From an uncultured Thermodesulfobacteriota bacterium (GTDB lineage: Bacteria; Desulfobacterota; DSWW01; CAZFWM01): 42,147 nt of DNA. Positions 26,736-36,464 of this stretch are shown here, in pieces. Positions within the stretch are counted from its first letter, which is position 1. Each line of letters starts with the position of its first letter. Position numbers and translations under genes: made by a program. The stretch is taken from positions 1 through 42,147 of the forward strand of contig CAZFWM010000015.1 of the NCBI GenBank assembly GCA_964522545.1, given 5' to 3'. The notes under the pieces were generated by a model that was not told where the DNA came from, searched no databases, and saw only the letters and a list, made by a program, of their open reading frames with translations.

Positions 26736-28694
26736 TTGAAGACCACAGGCACCATGGATATGAACACTCAGAACTTCCGTGTCCGGGTCCCGGACAGCAA
26801 CTACTGGCGGGAGATCATTTCCTGCCAGAATGCATGTCCGGTCCATACCGACGCGCGTGGCTACGTACGGGCCATTGCGAGTGAGCAATACGAGCTGGCG
26901 TATCTTATCGCACGGGGGCCGAATCCGCTCGCATCGATCTGCGGCAGGGTGTGCGGAGCGCCATGTGAGCTGGCCTGCCGGCGAAGCCACTGGGACGAAG
27001 CGGTCGCCATTCGAGCGCTGAAGCGGTATGTATGCGAACGATTCGGCCCCGAGGCCCGGAAGGAAGAGGGGGAGGGCCTGATCGAGTTTCTCAAAAGGGC
27101 CTCTCGGAGTTACGGGCCGCGACAGTGTCAGGGCAAGGAGGAGCTCCTGCCACTTCTCCAGTCATTGACCGGCGAGCGGGTTCCGCGTGTTCAAGGAAAA
27201 AACATAGGCATCATCGGCGGCGGGCCGGCAGGATTGGCGGCAGCGCACGATCTGGCTCTTCTCGGATTCTCGATAACGATCTATGAAATGGAGCCTGTAC
27301 TGGGAGGCATGCTCGCGGTCGGTATTCCGGAATACCGCCTCCCTCGTGACATCATCCAGGCCGAAGTGGAGGTGATCCTTGCGTTGGGCGTAAAAGTGGT
27401 CACCAGCTGCTGCGTTGGGCGTGACATCTCGTTCCCTGAGGTAAGAGAACGGCACGACGCTGTGGTCGTCGCCGTGGGGGCGAAGCGATCGCGCGAGATC
27501 TCCCTTCCCGGTGGAGATGCCAAGGGTGTCTTCGGCGGAGTTGAATTCCTTCGGGACGTCTCCCTGGGGAATGCTCCACAACTCGGCCGGCGAATCATAG
27601 TCATCGGCGGAGGGGATGCCGCCATGGATTCGGCCCGCACCGCCCTGCGAGTCGGAGCCGGACATGGCGAACGAGAACAATCAGAACAATACCTCGCCAT
27701 GGACGCCGCTCATACGGCCTCGCGCTTCGGGGGCAGGGAGATCAATGTCGTCTATCGCCGGTCTCTCGTGGAGATGCCTGCCTTGCGGGAGGAAGTCCGC
27801 GGGGCCGAGGAGGAGGGGGTCCGGTTCCATCTCCTGACCAATCCGGACCGTATCGAGAAAGATGAGCATGGTGAAGTACGGGGCATGTGGTGCAGAAAGA
27901 TGAAGCTGGGCGAACCGGACGCGAGCGGTCGCAGGCGGCCCGTCCCCATTGAAGGATCGGATTTCTTCCTGGAGTGCGACAATGTGCTCATCGCGATCGG
28001 CCAGGACTTCGAACTGTCTTTCATAGAGGCCGAGCGCGATGGTCTTCAGGCCAGGGACGGGATCATCTCCTGTGATCCCGAGACCGGAAGCACATCGGCT
28101 CAGGATGTCTTTTTGGCCGGCGACCTGGCCTACGGCGCGAAGTTGTTGATCCATGCGGTAGCTTCGGGGAAGGCGGTCGCCCGCACACTTTATGAAAAGT
28201 TCACGGGCCATCCGATCAAGGCGGAAGATCTGGAGTTGCACTTCCCCCTGCCGTCGTTCGAGCGGGAGAGTGGGTACGAACAGCTATCCCGCCTCGCCCC
28301 GCGCACGGCTTCCGTCGATGAGCGCATCGCCGGCCTCGATAAACCGGTGGAGCTGGGTTTTACGACCGAGCAGGCCCCCTGTGAGGCGAGTCGATGTCTC
28401 GACTGCGGGGTCAACACGATTTTCGACAGCAGGGAGTGCATTCTCTGCGGCGGCTGTGCGGATGTATGTCCGTCCCTGTGCCTCAGGCTGGTATCCCTCG
28501 AACGCCTGGACAAAGAAAATCCGCAGTTGCAGAACACAATCAGGGACCGTTTCCCCGATGCGGAATTGAGCGAGCATTCTTCGATCATCAAGGATGAGGA
28601 CAGGTGTATACGCTGCGGGCTCTGTGAGGAGAGATGCCCGACCGGCGCAATCACAATGGAGAGGTATTTATTTCATGAGGCGGTTGGTGTGTGA
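26736..28694 (+). CDS. NAD(P)H-dependent FAD/Fe-S oxidoreductase of the glutamate-synthase small-subunit (GltD/SudA/NfnB) family with two C-terminal 4Fe-4S ferredoxin motifs
   Basis: 652 aa. N-terminal Cys cluster (CQNACPVHTD…CGRVCGAPCELAC). Two Rossmann motifs (GIIGGGPAGLAAA; IVIGGGDAAMDSA). C-terminal CLDCGVNTIFDSRECILCGGCADVCP and CIRCGLCEERCP. Confidence 0.7.
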   Translation: MKTTGTMDMNTQNFRVRVPDSNYWREIISCQNACPVHTDARGYVRAIASEQYELAYLIARGPNPLASICGRVCGAPCELACRRSHWDEAVAIRALKRYVCERFGPEARKEEGEGLIEFLKRASRSYGPRQCQGKEELLPLLQSLTGERVPRVQGKNIGIIGGGPAGLAAAHDLALLGFSITIYEMEPVLGGMLAVGIPEYRLPRDIIQAEVEVILALGVKVVTSCCVGRDISFPEVRERHDAVVVAVGAKRSREISLPGGDAKGVFGGVEFLRDVSLGNAPQLGRRIIVIGGGDAAMDSARTALRVGAGHGEREQSEQYLAMDAAHTASRFGGREINVVYRRSLVEMPALREEVRGAEEEGVRFHLLTNPDRIEKDEHGEVRGMWCRKMKLGEPDASGRRRPVPIEGSDFFLECDNVLIAIGQDFELSFIEAERDGLQARDGIISCDPETGSTSAQDVFLAGDLAYGAKLLIHAVASGKAVARTLYEKFTGHPIKAEDLELHFPLPSFERESGYEQLSRLAPRTASVDERIAGLDKPVELGFTTEQAPCEASRCLDCGVNTIFDSRECILCGGCADVCPSLCLRLVSLERLDKENPQLQNTIRDRFPDAELSEHSSIIKDEDRCIRCGLCEERCPTGAITMERYLFHEAVGV

Positions 28695-28701
28695 AACGCG
28701 T

Positions 28702-28720
28702 GTGGGCCCATGTGGGCCAC
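28702..28720. terminator. Palindromic hairpin GTGGGCCCA-tg-TGGGCCCAC between convergent genes
   Basis: Perfect 9-bp arms between the stop at 28694 and the stop of the minus-strand gene at 28721. Candidate bidirectional terminator; no clear T-run. Confidence 0.4.
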
Positions 28721-30148
28721 TTAACCGTCACCAACTTCCTTACTTGATAGCGTCCTTATATAAGTAATCAAATCCACGATATTCTGATCCGGCAATCCCA
28801 CGCCCTCCTTGCCAAAAGCCGCCATATGGGTTCCTTCCCTTCCATCGCGCACTGTCACTGCGAGAAAGGCGGGGTCGATCTCCTTTTGCACCAACGGATT
28901 TCTCAGGTTGAGTCCGACGCCTCCCTCCCCCTTCCCGCCGTGGCAACTCACACAGCGAACTCGAAACAACTCTTCACCATACTCCACGTCGCCGTTGTAC
29001 CTTGCGAACTCGAACGCTTCCGGCTTTTCGCCCGCAGGCCTGTCTCTCGTCACATACTCGATGATCTTATCGATGCCTTCATCCGGAATCCCCGCGGCGG
29101 ATGTCTTCCAGGAGGTCATCGGCGTGCCCGCCCTCCCTTCGGATATGAGCATCTTGAGTAAACGGTCATCCGCAGCCTTCAGGAATGAGGGATTCATGAT
29201 TGCGGGGATGGTTCTTTTGAATACCTCGTCATAAATGCTGTCTTTCCCTGTCAAATGACAGGCGACACAGTACATTTTGTACAGGGCCTCACCATCATTC
29301 CAAGTCTCTTCTAAGTCTCGAGCTTCCCTTATGCGTCTGTATTCTCTGGGCGCCTCATCAGACTTCAGCGATAATACGTAGGTTGTCAGGAGATCGGATT
29401 CCTCATCTGAGAGATTCGCCAGCATCTCGCTTTCGAGGACGATATTTCTCGGGTCATCGAAGTGCTCTTTCAACCATGTATAGAGGGTTTTTTCTCCCTC
29501 TATATATTTCATGGGAAAATGGGCGGCCGGTTGAGAGCCGACGCCGTCGAGGGAATCGCCCAGCACGCCTCCGACGCCATCAAGTTTGTGACAGCCTTTG
29601 CACCCGCGATCCCTGAACAGCCGCTCCCCCCTGACGATCTTGTCCACTCCGATGCTCATTAACATTTCGAGGTCATGACAAGACGCACAAGAGCTTTGAA
29701 TGAAATCAAATGGTGTAATCGGCTTATCCCAATGGGTTTCATGGCCGACTCCATGTGCCTCTTTTTTGTTGGTAGCACGACCTTGTCCATTATGGCAGAT
29801 CGTGCACCCATATCGATCCACCGGATGAAATTCGAGATAATCGCCGCTATGTTGTTTGAGAGGCAGCTCGGCCCCGGCCATCAGCGGATTTTCCACGCCC
29901 AGGTGGCAGTTCGTGCAGCGATCCACTCTCTCCAAACTGTCGAGATAGATCTGCTGAATCTCCAGTTTCAGCGTCTTCGCTTTTTCCCGCAATTTGTCGT
30001 CTTTGGTCCTTTCGATCAATTGTTCCTTGTACTCCTTCTGGTACCCCATCCATTCGGGCCGTGCCGATTCATACCCGGCAAACAGGCTATATATCAAAAG
30101 AACCGCCCCGGACAGGAGCATCATCCATGTATAGAATGTTTTATACAT
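28721..30148 (-). CDS. Membrane-anchored hexaheme cytochrome c (last gene of the Rieske/cyt b-Mo-enzyme operon)
   Basis: 475 aa. N-terminal TM helix. Six CxxCH motifs (CTNCH, CTICH, CASCH, CKGCH, CVACH, CVSCH). The last two sit in class-I-like cytochrome c domains. Confidence 0.7.
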   Translation of the reverse strand: MYKTFYTWMMLLSGAVLLIYSLFAGYESARPEWMGYQKEYKEQLIERTKDDKLREKAKTLKLEIQQIYLDSLERVDRCTNCHLGVENPLMAGAELPLKQHSGDYLEFHPVDRYGCTICHNGQGRATNKKEAHGVGHETHWDKPITPFDFIQSSCASCHDLEMLMSIGVDKIVRGERLFRDRGCKGCHKLDGVGGVLGDSLDGVGSQPAAHFPMKYIEGEKTLYTWLKEHFDDPRNIVLESEMLANLSDEESDLLTTYVLSLKSDEAPREYRRIREARDLEETWNDGEALYKMYCVACHLTGKDSIYDEVFKRTIPAIMNPSFLKAADDRLLKMLISEGRAGTPMTSWKTSAAGIPDEGIDKIIEYVTRDRPAGEKPEAFEFARYNGDVEYGEELFRVRCVSCHGGKGEGGVGLNLRNPLVQKEIDPAFLAVTVRDGREGTHMAAFGKEGVGLPDQNIVDLITYIRTLSSKEVGDG

Positions 30149-30181
30149 TTTCCCTCAATCCTGTATTACCCCACCGTTACT

Positions 30182-30865
30182 TCAACAGGTAAGCTCATCC
30201 CCTCTTACGCCGCGGTAAGGGTCACGACTCAGCTCCTTGTTAAAAAGGGAGCTGTCCAAGCCGAATCTCTCACAATCGAGTTTCAAGACCGACTCGAGGA
30301 GTTTTGCTAGTCTCTGATAAAAGCCATCGCCCTCAAGCGCTTGAACCTGGCTACAAAAGAAAAATCCCCATGTTGCAAGGTGTTCCTTGAAAAACTTGAT
30401 TCTTGCATCTCGAACGATCCTTGTATGTTCTTGCTGTCTCTCCAGCCTAGAATACGCCTCTTTCCATTCGAGGATCGCCATGAATTCAAGTTCGACGGAT
30501 ATGTGGTCCAGGGCCTCCTTATTGTTTCTGTCTTCGTCGAGATGAAAGCCGAATGCGCTGTAGAAACCAGCTATGTCAGCGAGTTCAAAAGGTTTTCTCG
30601 ATACCTTTTCTTTCATGTATTCTGTCTCGTATGGGGATATCTCTCTGCCGATGTCAAAAATAGAGAGATATTCGGACTTCACATCGTCAATTCTATGCGC
30701 CTTCTCGAGAAAGTATTCCTTGAAACGCTTCATCTCCGACAACATTTTGTCATCGAAGATAATTTCATCCATCATGAGGAGTTTTTCGAGAATCGCCCAG
30801 TTCTTTTCATCAGGATATGAGAGTCCGAGAGAGAGGATCTTGTAACTGTACAGGAAGTCGATCAT
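30182..30865 (-). CDS. TorD/NarJ-like redox-enzyme maturation chaperone
   Basis: ATG at 30865..30863 overlaps the upstream gene's TAA by 1 nt (TAATG), suggesting translational coupling. ~227 aa all-helical protein with TorD/NarJ/EbdD-like spacing. The ORF-track start at 30943 carries a Gly-rich extension. Confidence 0.5.
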   Translation of the reverse strand: MIDFLYSYKILSLGLSYPDEKNWAILEKLLMMDEIIFDDKMLSEMKRFKEYFLEKAHRIDDVKSEYLSIFDIGREISPYETEYMKEKVSRKPFELADIAGFYSAFGFHLDEDRNNKEALDHISVELEFMAILEWKEAYSRLERQQEHTRIVRDARIKFFKEHLATWGFFFCSQVQALEGDGFYQRLAKLLESVLKLDCERFGLDSSLFNKELSRDPYRGVRGDELTC

Positions 30866-31749
30866 TACTCTTCTACCTCCACCTCCGCCCATGCGGGGCT
30901 CACGGCCTTTCTTCCCCCCGTCTCCATCCGGCTCCCCTCCCAAACAGCGAACGCAATGGGCATTTTTTTCCCCACCTTGAACTGACAGCTCTCCTGATCA
31001 TTCACGCTGAGCGCCCTCCTGAAGATGACCGTCCATTCACCATTCTCCCAGCCGGCTTCACCGGAAGCATTCTCGACCTTCTTTGATTCAATCGTTCCGG
31101 GGCCGGCCGAGGATAATTCCACAACGATGCCTTTCCTGGAAAAGGAGACGGGATTTTTTGCCGCCCTTCCTGGAATGAACAGGTCCTTCTCGGCCTGCGT
31201 TTTTTCAGTCCCCTCCCCCTCAACGACGTAATCAAAAGTATAGAGATCCGATGTCATATTCGGATAGGCGGTCTTGGTCGTCTGAAATCCACTTTCCTTA
31301 TCCCTGCTCCTCCAGGCCTTCCAGTACATTATATAAACGGCTTTGTCCGACTCCCCCATAAAGAATTCCGGAACGGCGTCTTTGCTTACCGGAAACTGAA
31401 TTGAAGCGCCGTCGGAAAAGTTCATGAGCTTGATCTCGTCATCCTTTGTTGCGTCCCTCCATATCAATCTGAACGCGATATACTCACCGTCGTGGATGGA
31501 CTGGACAAGGACCTCTGTAACACCGACCTCGGCGGGCTTGGGTTCCTCGAGAAACTGTTCCTGCAGAATCTGTTTGTAAGGCTTTATCGCGTTCCACACA
31601 TCATCATGGAGGTCCACCGTACGGACATCGAGATCGGCCCGGTATGAAGTGAACTCGACAAACTGTTTTCTCTCCGCCCTGGCCATAGTCGCAACCATCG
31701 CCATACAAAAGGAGAGATATAGTATTTTTTTTAACATAGGCGGCCTCAC
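30865..31749 (-). CDS. Periplasmic gamma subunit of a type II DMSO-reductase-family enzyme (EbdC/NxrC-like putative heme b subunit)
   Basis: 294 aa. Signal peptide MKKILYLSFCMAMVATMARA. Soluble beta-rich protein immediately downstream of the NarH/NxrB-like gene, where NarI would otherwise be. The family assignment is by context and size, not by a recognised motif. Confidence 0.45.
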   Translation of the reverse strand: MRPPMLKKILYLSFCMAMVATMARAERKQFVEFTSYRADLDVRTVDLHDDVWNAIKPYKQILQEQFLEEPKPAEVGVTEVLVQSIHDGEYIAFRLIWRDATKDDEIKLMNFSDGASIQFPVSKDAVPEFFMGESDKAVYIMYWKAWRSRDKESGFQTTKTAYPNMTSDLYTFDYVVEGEGTEKTQAEKDLFIPGRAAKNPVSFSRKGIVVELSSAGPGTIESKKVENASGEAGWENGEWTVIFRRALSVNDQESCQFKVGKKMPIAFAVWEGSRMETGGRKAVSPAWAEVEVEE

Positions 31750-31756
31750 ACTCTGC

Positions 31757-32893
31757 TTACGGTGTATTGTGTCTGTAAGCTACAAGCCTTTCGTCGAAGA
31801 ATTCCCTCTCGATGATCGGCTCTGTTATCGGGACCTTGATGATTTCCCGCCCTTTATCGTCGTAGCCGTATGCGTTTTCCCGATCCACTCGAAACGAATG
31901 AAGGATCCTCTCCATGCTGCCGATGAGTACAAGAAGTCCCTGGAGTATCTGATCGTCCTTGATGTTCTTGTACGTCTCGATGGCGGCCGCTGTCCCGGGT
32001 CCGAACATCTGCTCGAGATAGGGAAGGGGCACGTGAATCGGCGGGATAAAATAAATGTTCGGTTCCAGTCCGAATTGGGGATAAAGCGGGAGAGCGAGCT
32101 TTCTCTCGTGGATCAAGTAGTCCAAGGGATTGTCTTTTCTTGCCCTGTCAGGTGTGCTCACGAAGCCATGGATCCTGATCTTGCCGATGCAGTTCGTCAC
32201 ACACTGAGTCATCTCGCCTTGCTCGATCTTCGGATAGCAGCCGACGCACTTCTCACTGATCCTCGTTTCGACATTGAACATGGACTTCTTATAAGGGCAT
32301 GAACGGACGCACTCCCTGTATCCGCGGCATCGTGCCTGGTCAATGAGAACGACGCCGTCCTCGGGCCTTTTGTAGATGGCCTTTCGCGGGCAGGCCGCAA
32401 GGCAGGCGGGATATGTACAGTGCGCGCATGTCTTCTGGAGGTAAAACATCCATATTCTGTGGGGTAGTGTCGCTATCCAATCGCCCCTGTTGATCAAGCC
32501 GGACACTTCATCCTCCCCGATGTTCGGATAGGCCCAGTCTTCTTCCTCAGCTACGTGCTGGAGTATTTTTTCGTCCTTTTGCGCGGCTTCAAACAGGGTC
32601 TTGCCAACATATTTCTCTCCCTTCCACTCCTGCAGGCCCAGTTTCGATAGAATTCCGAGATCCCAGCCGACGGGATAGCCGCCGTAGGGCTTTGTCTCGA
32701 CATTATTCCAAAACATATATTCCTGGCCCTTGCCCGATGTCCATGTTGTTTTGCATGCCAGTGAGCAGGTCTGGCAGGCTATGCATTTGTTCAGATCAAA
32801 GACGATCGCCCACTGTTTCTTCGGTCGGGTCTGGGGGTACAGGTACGCCACCCGCCTGCCCAATTGCCAGTTATATACTTTTCGCAGCAGCAT
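31757..32893 (-). CDS. Fe-S beta subunit of a Nar/Nxr-type molybdoenzyme (NarH/NxrB-like)
   Basis: 378 aa. N-terminus WAIVFDLNKCIACQTCSLACKTTWTSGKGQEYMFWNNVETKPYGG matches NarH (LDKCIGCHTCSVTCKNVWT…WFNNVETKPG). Further clusters CAHCTYPACLAACP, CRGYRECVRSCPY and CVGCYPK…CVTNC. Confidence 0.8.
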   Translation of the reverse strand: MLLRKVYNWQLGRRVAYLYPQTRPKKQWAIVFDLNKCIACQTCSLACKTTWTSGKGQEYMFWNNVETKPYGGYPVGWDLGILSKLGLQEWKGEKYVGKTLFEAAQKDEKILQHVAEEEDWAYPNIGEDEVSGLINRGDWIATLPHRIWMFYLQKTCAHCTYPACLAACPRKAIYKRPEDGVVLIDQARCRGYRECVRSCPYKKSMFNVETRISEKCVGCYPKIEQGEMTQCVTNCIGKIRIHGFVSTPDRARKDNPLDYLIHERKLALPLYPQFGLEPNIYFIPPIHVPLPYLEQMFGPGTAAAIETYKNIKDDQILQGLLVLIGSMERILHSFRVDRENAYGYDDKGREIIKVPITEPIIEREFFDERLVAYRHNTP

Positions 32894-32909
32894 TTTCCTG
32901 TTCTCTCCC

Positions 32910-35900
32910 TTATTTCTTGACCTTGATGAAGTCGCCTTTCATGAAGGCTTTCATCTTCTCGTCTTCATAGGTCGGCCTGATTTGTTTGGTGACGGGCGTC
33001 CACAGGCCCTTGCCGCCGATCCCACCATCTTCGGCCCTCGCGATTTTCACAAATCCCTCTCTGGGAGCGCCGTTGGCACAATGGATATCCGGCGCAAACC
33101 CTTTTCCGATCGTCTGCCCGAACATATTTTTTCGAATCAGGGAATCCGTCATGAGGGTGGGTCGCAACCATGCCCGCGTGGTGCTTTGATGGCTGCCGTA
33201 TCTGAACATCGACTGGTAGTTCGTCTCCGGATTCTTGGCCAGGCCGTCCTCCCTCGCCTCATGACCTTTCACACTGCCGATCGTGGCAGGGTAACTGTTG
33301 TGCCACATCCGGGTCACACCTCTGGGTGTCCCCGGATAGTACCGAGCCCGGCAAAGGAGCCTTGCAACCTTGTAGTTGCGCTCATCTTCTTTCCACCCTT
33401 TGTAAGGGCGATCGTCGGGGTCGGCATCTATATGGATGTAATCGCCGTCTTCGATCCCCATCTCTCTGGCGTCCAGGGGATTGATGTCCAGGTACATCTC
33501 CATGACAAAGGGCAATCGCCGGTCTCTCCGATAGACATCTCCGAAGGGGCCGAACCATATGGCGACCGCATCCGTATCCGCGGGCGTGGTATGCACTGCG
33601 TGCCGGTATTTCGGCGTGTGCATGATAAACCGGAATCCATCCTCCTTCATCAGGGGGTGTTTCGTCCTGTGCAGTTCATCCACGGACATCTGTATATTCC
33701 TGACCTGCCTTGTCTCTGTGCTCATGTCCTCTGATGAGAAGTTCCAGTCTTCGGGCTTCTTTGGTCGGATCGCCGGATGGCGTTCTCCCACGATTACATT
33801 CGGCTCATAAAACGTCGAATCGATCGCTTCACGATAGACAATCATATTCTCGCCGTGCTCCAGCCATTCCCTCTCGTCCCGGTAGAACTCGAGTCTTCCC
33901 GATTTCGTGTAGTAAGGTTTTCCTTCCTGGGCCTGCTCGAAACTTGAAATGCGCGGATAGGTTCTGTAATTCGCCAGTGCGGGCTTTCCGTTACTGGCAT
34001 CCCTTTCGAGATCCTCGCTCTGATAACCGACCAGGTTGGCTGAAGTGTCAATGATCCGCTGGGTATATACATCGACTCGATTCTCGTGCACGAACTTCCA
34101 GTAGTCATCGTATCGCTTGTCTTTCGTGATCTTTCCAAGGGCATGGCCAATCCCCGCGAGGATCTCGATGTCCGGTTTCGTGTCGAATATTCGCGGCAGG
34201 GGTGTTCTCGGATAGACCTGGACGAAGGGATTGGTGCAGGAGGCCGTAAAATCAAGGTGCTTGAACTCCGCCGGAGCGTCGGCCCCCCATACGATATCGG
34301 AGTACTCGCATGAAGCCGTCCACCAGTAATCCGCCACCGCTATGAACTCGAACTTCGGCAGCGTATTAAAGACGACATCGTAATGGCCCTTCGCGTTTCC
34401 GATCAAGGAGTTGGAGTTTGTGATGAGCATCGCTTTGGAAGGAGTGTTGATGTGCGTCTTGCCCGTGAAAAGATGCCCTCCGACTCTCAGCGGCCTGTCG
34501 CCATAATTGAAATAATGGGCGGATTCATATTTCAAATATTTCTTCTTCGTGATCGCCCCGGTTGGATTCATCTGAATATGAAAAGGGTCCTCGGCCACAT
34601 AATTTCCCATCCCTCCTATGATGGCCGCCCTGTAATTGCCGGCATAGCTCCCTACATTTCCCCCGTAGTATCCAAGGTTCCGTGTCAATGTAGCCAAGAA
34701 TAGGGACGCCCTGTCCTTCAGGTCATTATTGAAATACTGATTGGTGCCCATGCCCATGGCGAAAAGAGTTTGCTCCTTGTTGGCGGCGATCTGTCTCGCC
34801 AGCGATACAATGGCTTCCTTCTGAATCCAGGTAATCTTCGATGCCTGCTCCGGAGTGAAGTTTTTGTCGATATATTCCTTCATGAGATCGAAGACGGGCC
34901 GGACCCGAACCTTTTCCCCTGCTACGGTCGTCACTTCGAATTGCCCTTCCAGGGCGACGTCCTTCGAGAAATCGTCTCCAAAATCATCCCGGCCGACGGC
35001 CATCGGGGCATTCGCCCTGGAATCCCACACGACGTAATCGATCCATTCGTTTGCAATATCCTCCGGAACGAGTTGTTCCGTGTGCTCTTTTGTGGGCAGA
35101 ATTTTTGTTTTTTTCCCGACGATCTTCGTATTGCGATTCGGGACTTTCTTTTTGTATCCCGGCAAGATCTCTTCCGCGCTGAGAAACTTGAGGGTATCCG
35201 TCCTCACAAGAAACGGCAGGTCCGTGTTGCGCTTTGCATGTTCGGCATCGTACAAATTTTCCTTGATGATGACTTGCGACAGACTGAGTGCGAGGGCCGG
35301 ATCGGTTGCCGGCCTGATGACGAGGACCTCGTCCGAATGACAGGCCGTCGACGGATATTCCACGGTGATCGCCACGACCTTGGTCCCCTTGAGCCTCGCT
35401 TCCGTCAACCAGTGTGAATCGGGCATCTTGGTTGAAAGCCAGTTCATCCCCCACAGAAGGATGAGCTTGGCCCTCTCCACGGCGAAAAGCTCGAACTCGT
35501 TGGTCTGCATCCCCGTGACCATGGGGTGTCCCGGGGGAAGGTCCGTATGCCATGTGTAGCTATCCCATCCCCGTCCTCCCAACGCCTTCTCAGGGGGGAC
35601 CCCCCGTATGCTTTGATCCAGCAGAGCGAGCATGTTTGCAAACCTGTAATATCCGAATATCCGTACGGCACCCAAGAAAGCCATTCCGCCCCTGCATTTC
35701 AGGGTCTGGGTGCCCGCTTTGTGGATTGTCTCGACCATCGCAGGGTCGTACCCTTGCCTGTGCAGATACTCGCTCCCTTTGTCTTCCGAATAGGTGACGG
35801 CGATATTGTGAAGAGCCTTTGCCGCCAACGCATAGGCTTCATCCCAGGGAAGCTTCAGCCATTTGTCCTCCCCGCGTCGAAAATATTTCTCCGGGGGCCT

Positions 35901-36464
35901 TGCCGTATTTCGGTCTCTCGGAAAACCATCCTCTACCCACTCTTTGAATCCCTTCCGGACTATGGCCCCTTTTACGCGACGGTCTCCGTAAATCCTCCTG
36001 ACGAGGCCGATGCCCTTCTGGCAGATACGCGGATCCCAGCGGGCGGATGCCCTGTTGCCATATAGGTCGGTTGCTTCGCCGTATCGGTAAGAAGGGCTGA
36101 TCCGAGTTATGACACCGTTTTTGACATGTGCTTTTAGAAGGCAGTTGTGTGTGTCATTGGGCGCACAGAGAAAATGAAACTCCCCGTCGGTTTTATAAAT
36201 GTTCCTGTAAACCTTTTCCCAATCTCTGTCCGGATAGGTCTCGAGGGGATTTTCTGTTTTCGGCTCAAGAAAGGCGAACAGGTCGGGCTCGATCGTCTTC
36301 ATGAGTATTCCCGCACTCGTGCCGGCCGCAAGTGTCAGAAAGGCCCTCCTTGACAGCTGACCCGAGCTCTTATTCGTCCCACCTTCTTTATTGTCCTTTT
36401 CCACAGACAGCTCCTTGTCCTCTAATGAATCGGCCATTGGCTCTTTGACCAGTAGAACTCCCAA
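32910..36464 (-). CDS. Tat-exported molybdopterin catalytic subunit of the type II DMSO reductase family (NarG/NxrA-like periplasmic nitrate reductase or nitrite oxidoreductase alpha subunit)
   Basis: 1184 aa. Twin-arginine signal SRRAFLTLAAGTSAGIL. N-terminal FS0 motif HFLCAPNDTHNC…C (H-x3-C-x3-C-xn-C) characteristic of Nar/Nxr/Ebd-type enzymes. Start may be the internal ATG (MADSLEDK, ~36437). The 5' end overlaps the cyt b gene stop. Confidence 0.75.
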   Translation of the reverse strand: MGVLLVKEPMADSLEDKELSVEKDNKEGGTNKSSGQLSRRAFLTLAAGTSAGILMKTIEPDLFAFLEPKTENPLETYPDRDWEKVYRNIYKTDGEFHFLCAPNDTHNCLLKAHVKNGVITRISPSYRYGEATDLYGNRASARWDPRICQKGIGLVRRIYGDRRVKGAIVRKGFKEWVEDGFPRDRNTARPPEKYFRRGEDKWLKLPWDEAYALAAKALHNIAVTYSEDKGSEYLHRQGYDPAMVETIHKAGTQTLKCRGGMAFLGAVRIFGYYRFANMLALLDQSIRGVPPEKALGGRGWDSYTWHTDLPPGHPMVTGMQTNEFELFAVERAKLILLWGMNWLSTKMPDSHWLTEARLKGTKVVAITVEYPSTACHSDEVLVIRPATDPALALSLSQVIIKENLYDAEHAKRNTDLPFLVRTDTLKFLSAEEILPGYKKKVPNRNTKIVGKKTKILPTKEHTEQLVPEDIANEWIDYVVWDSRANAPMAVGRDDFGDDFSKDVALEGQFEVTTVAGEKVRVRPVFDLMKEYIDKNFTPEQASKITWIQKEAIVSLARQIAANKEQTLFAMGMGTNQYFNNDLKDRASLFLATLTRNLGYYGGNVGSYAGNYRAAIIGGMGNYVAEDPFHIQMNPTGAITKKKYLKYESAHYFNYGDRPLRVGGHLFTGKTHINTPSKAMLITNSNSLIGNAKGHYDVVFNTLPKFEFIAVADYWWTASCEYSDIVWGADAPAEFKHLDFTASCTNPFVQVYPRTPLPRIFDTKPDIEILAGIGHALGKITKDKRYDDYWKFVHENRVDVYTQRIIDTSANLVGYQSEDLERDASNGKPALANYRTYPRISSFEQAQEGKPYYTKSGRLEFYRDEREWLEHGENMIVYREAIDSTFYEPNVIVGERHPAIRPKKPEDWNFSSEDMSTETRQVRNIQMSVDELHRTKHPLMKEDGFRFIMHTPKYRHAVHTTPADTDAVAIWFGPFGDVYRRDRRLPFVMEMYLDINPLDAREMGIEDGDYIHIDADPDDRPYKGWKEDERNYKVARLLCRARYYPGTPRGVTRMWHNSYPATIGSVKGHEAREDGLAKNPETNYQSMFRYGSHQSTTRAWLRPTLMTDSLIRKNMFGQTIGKGFAPDIHCANGAPREGFVKIARAEDGGIGGKGLWTPVTKQIRPTYEDEKMKAFMKGDFIKVKK

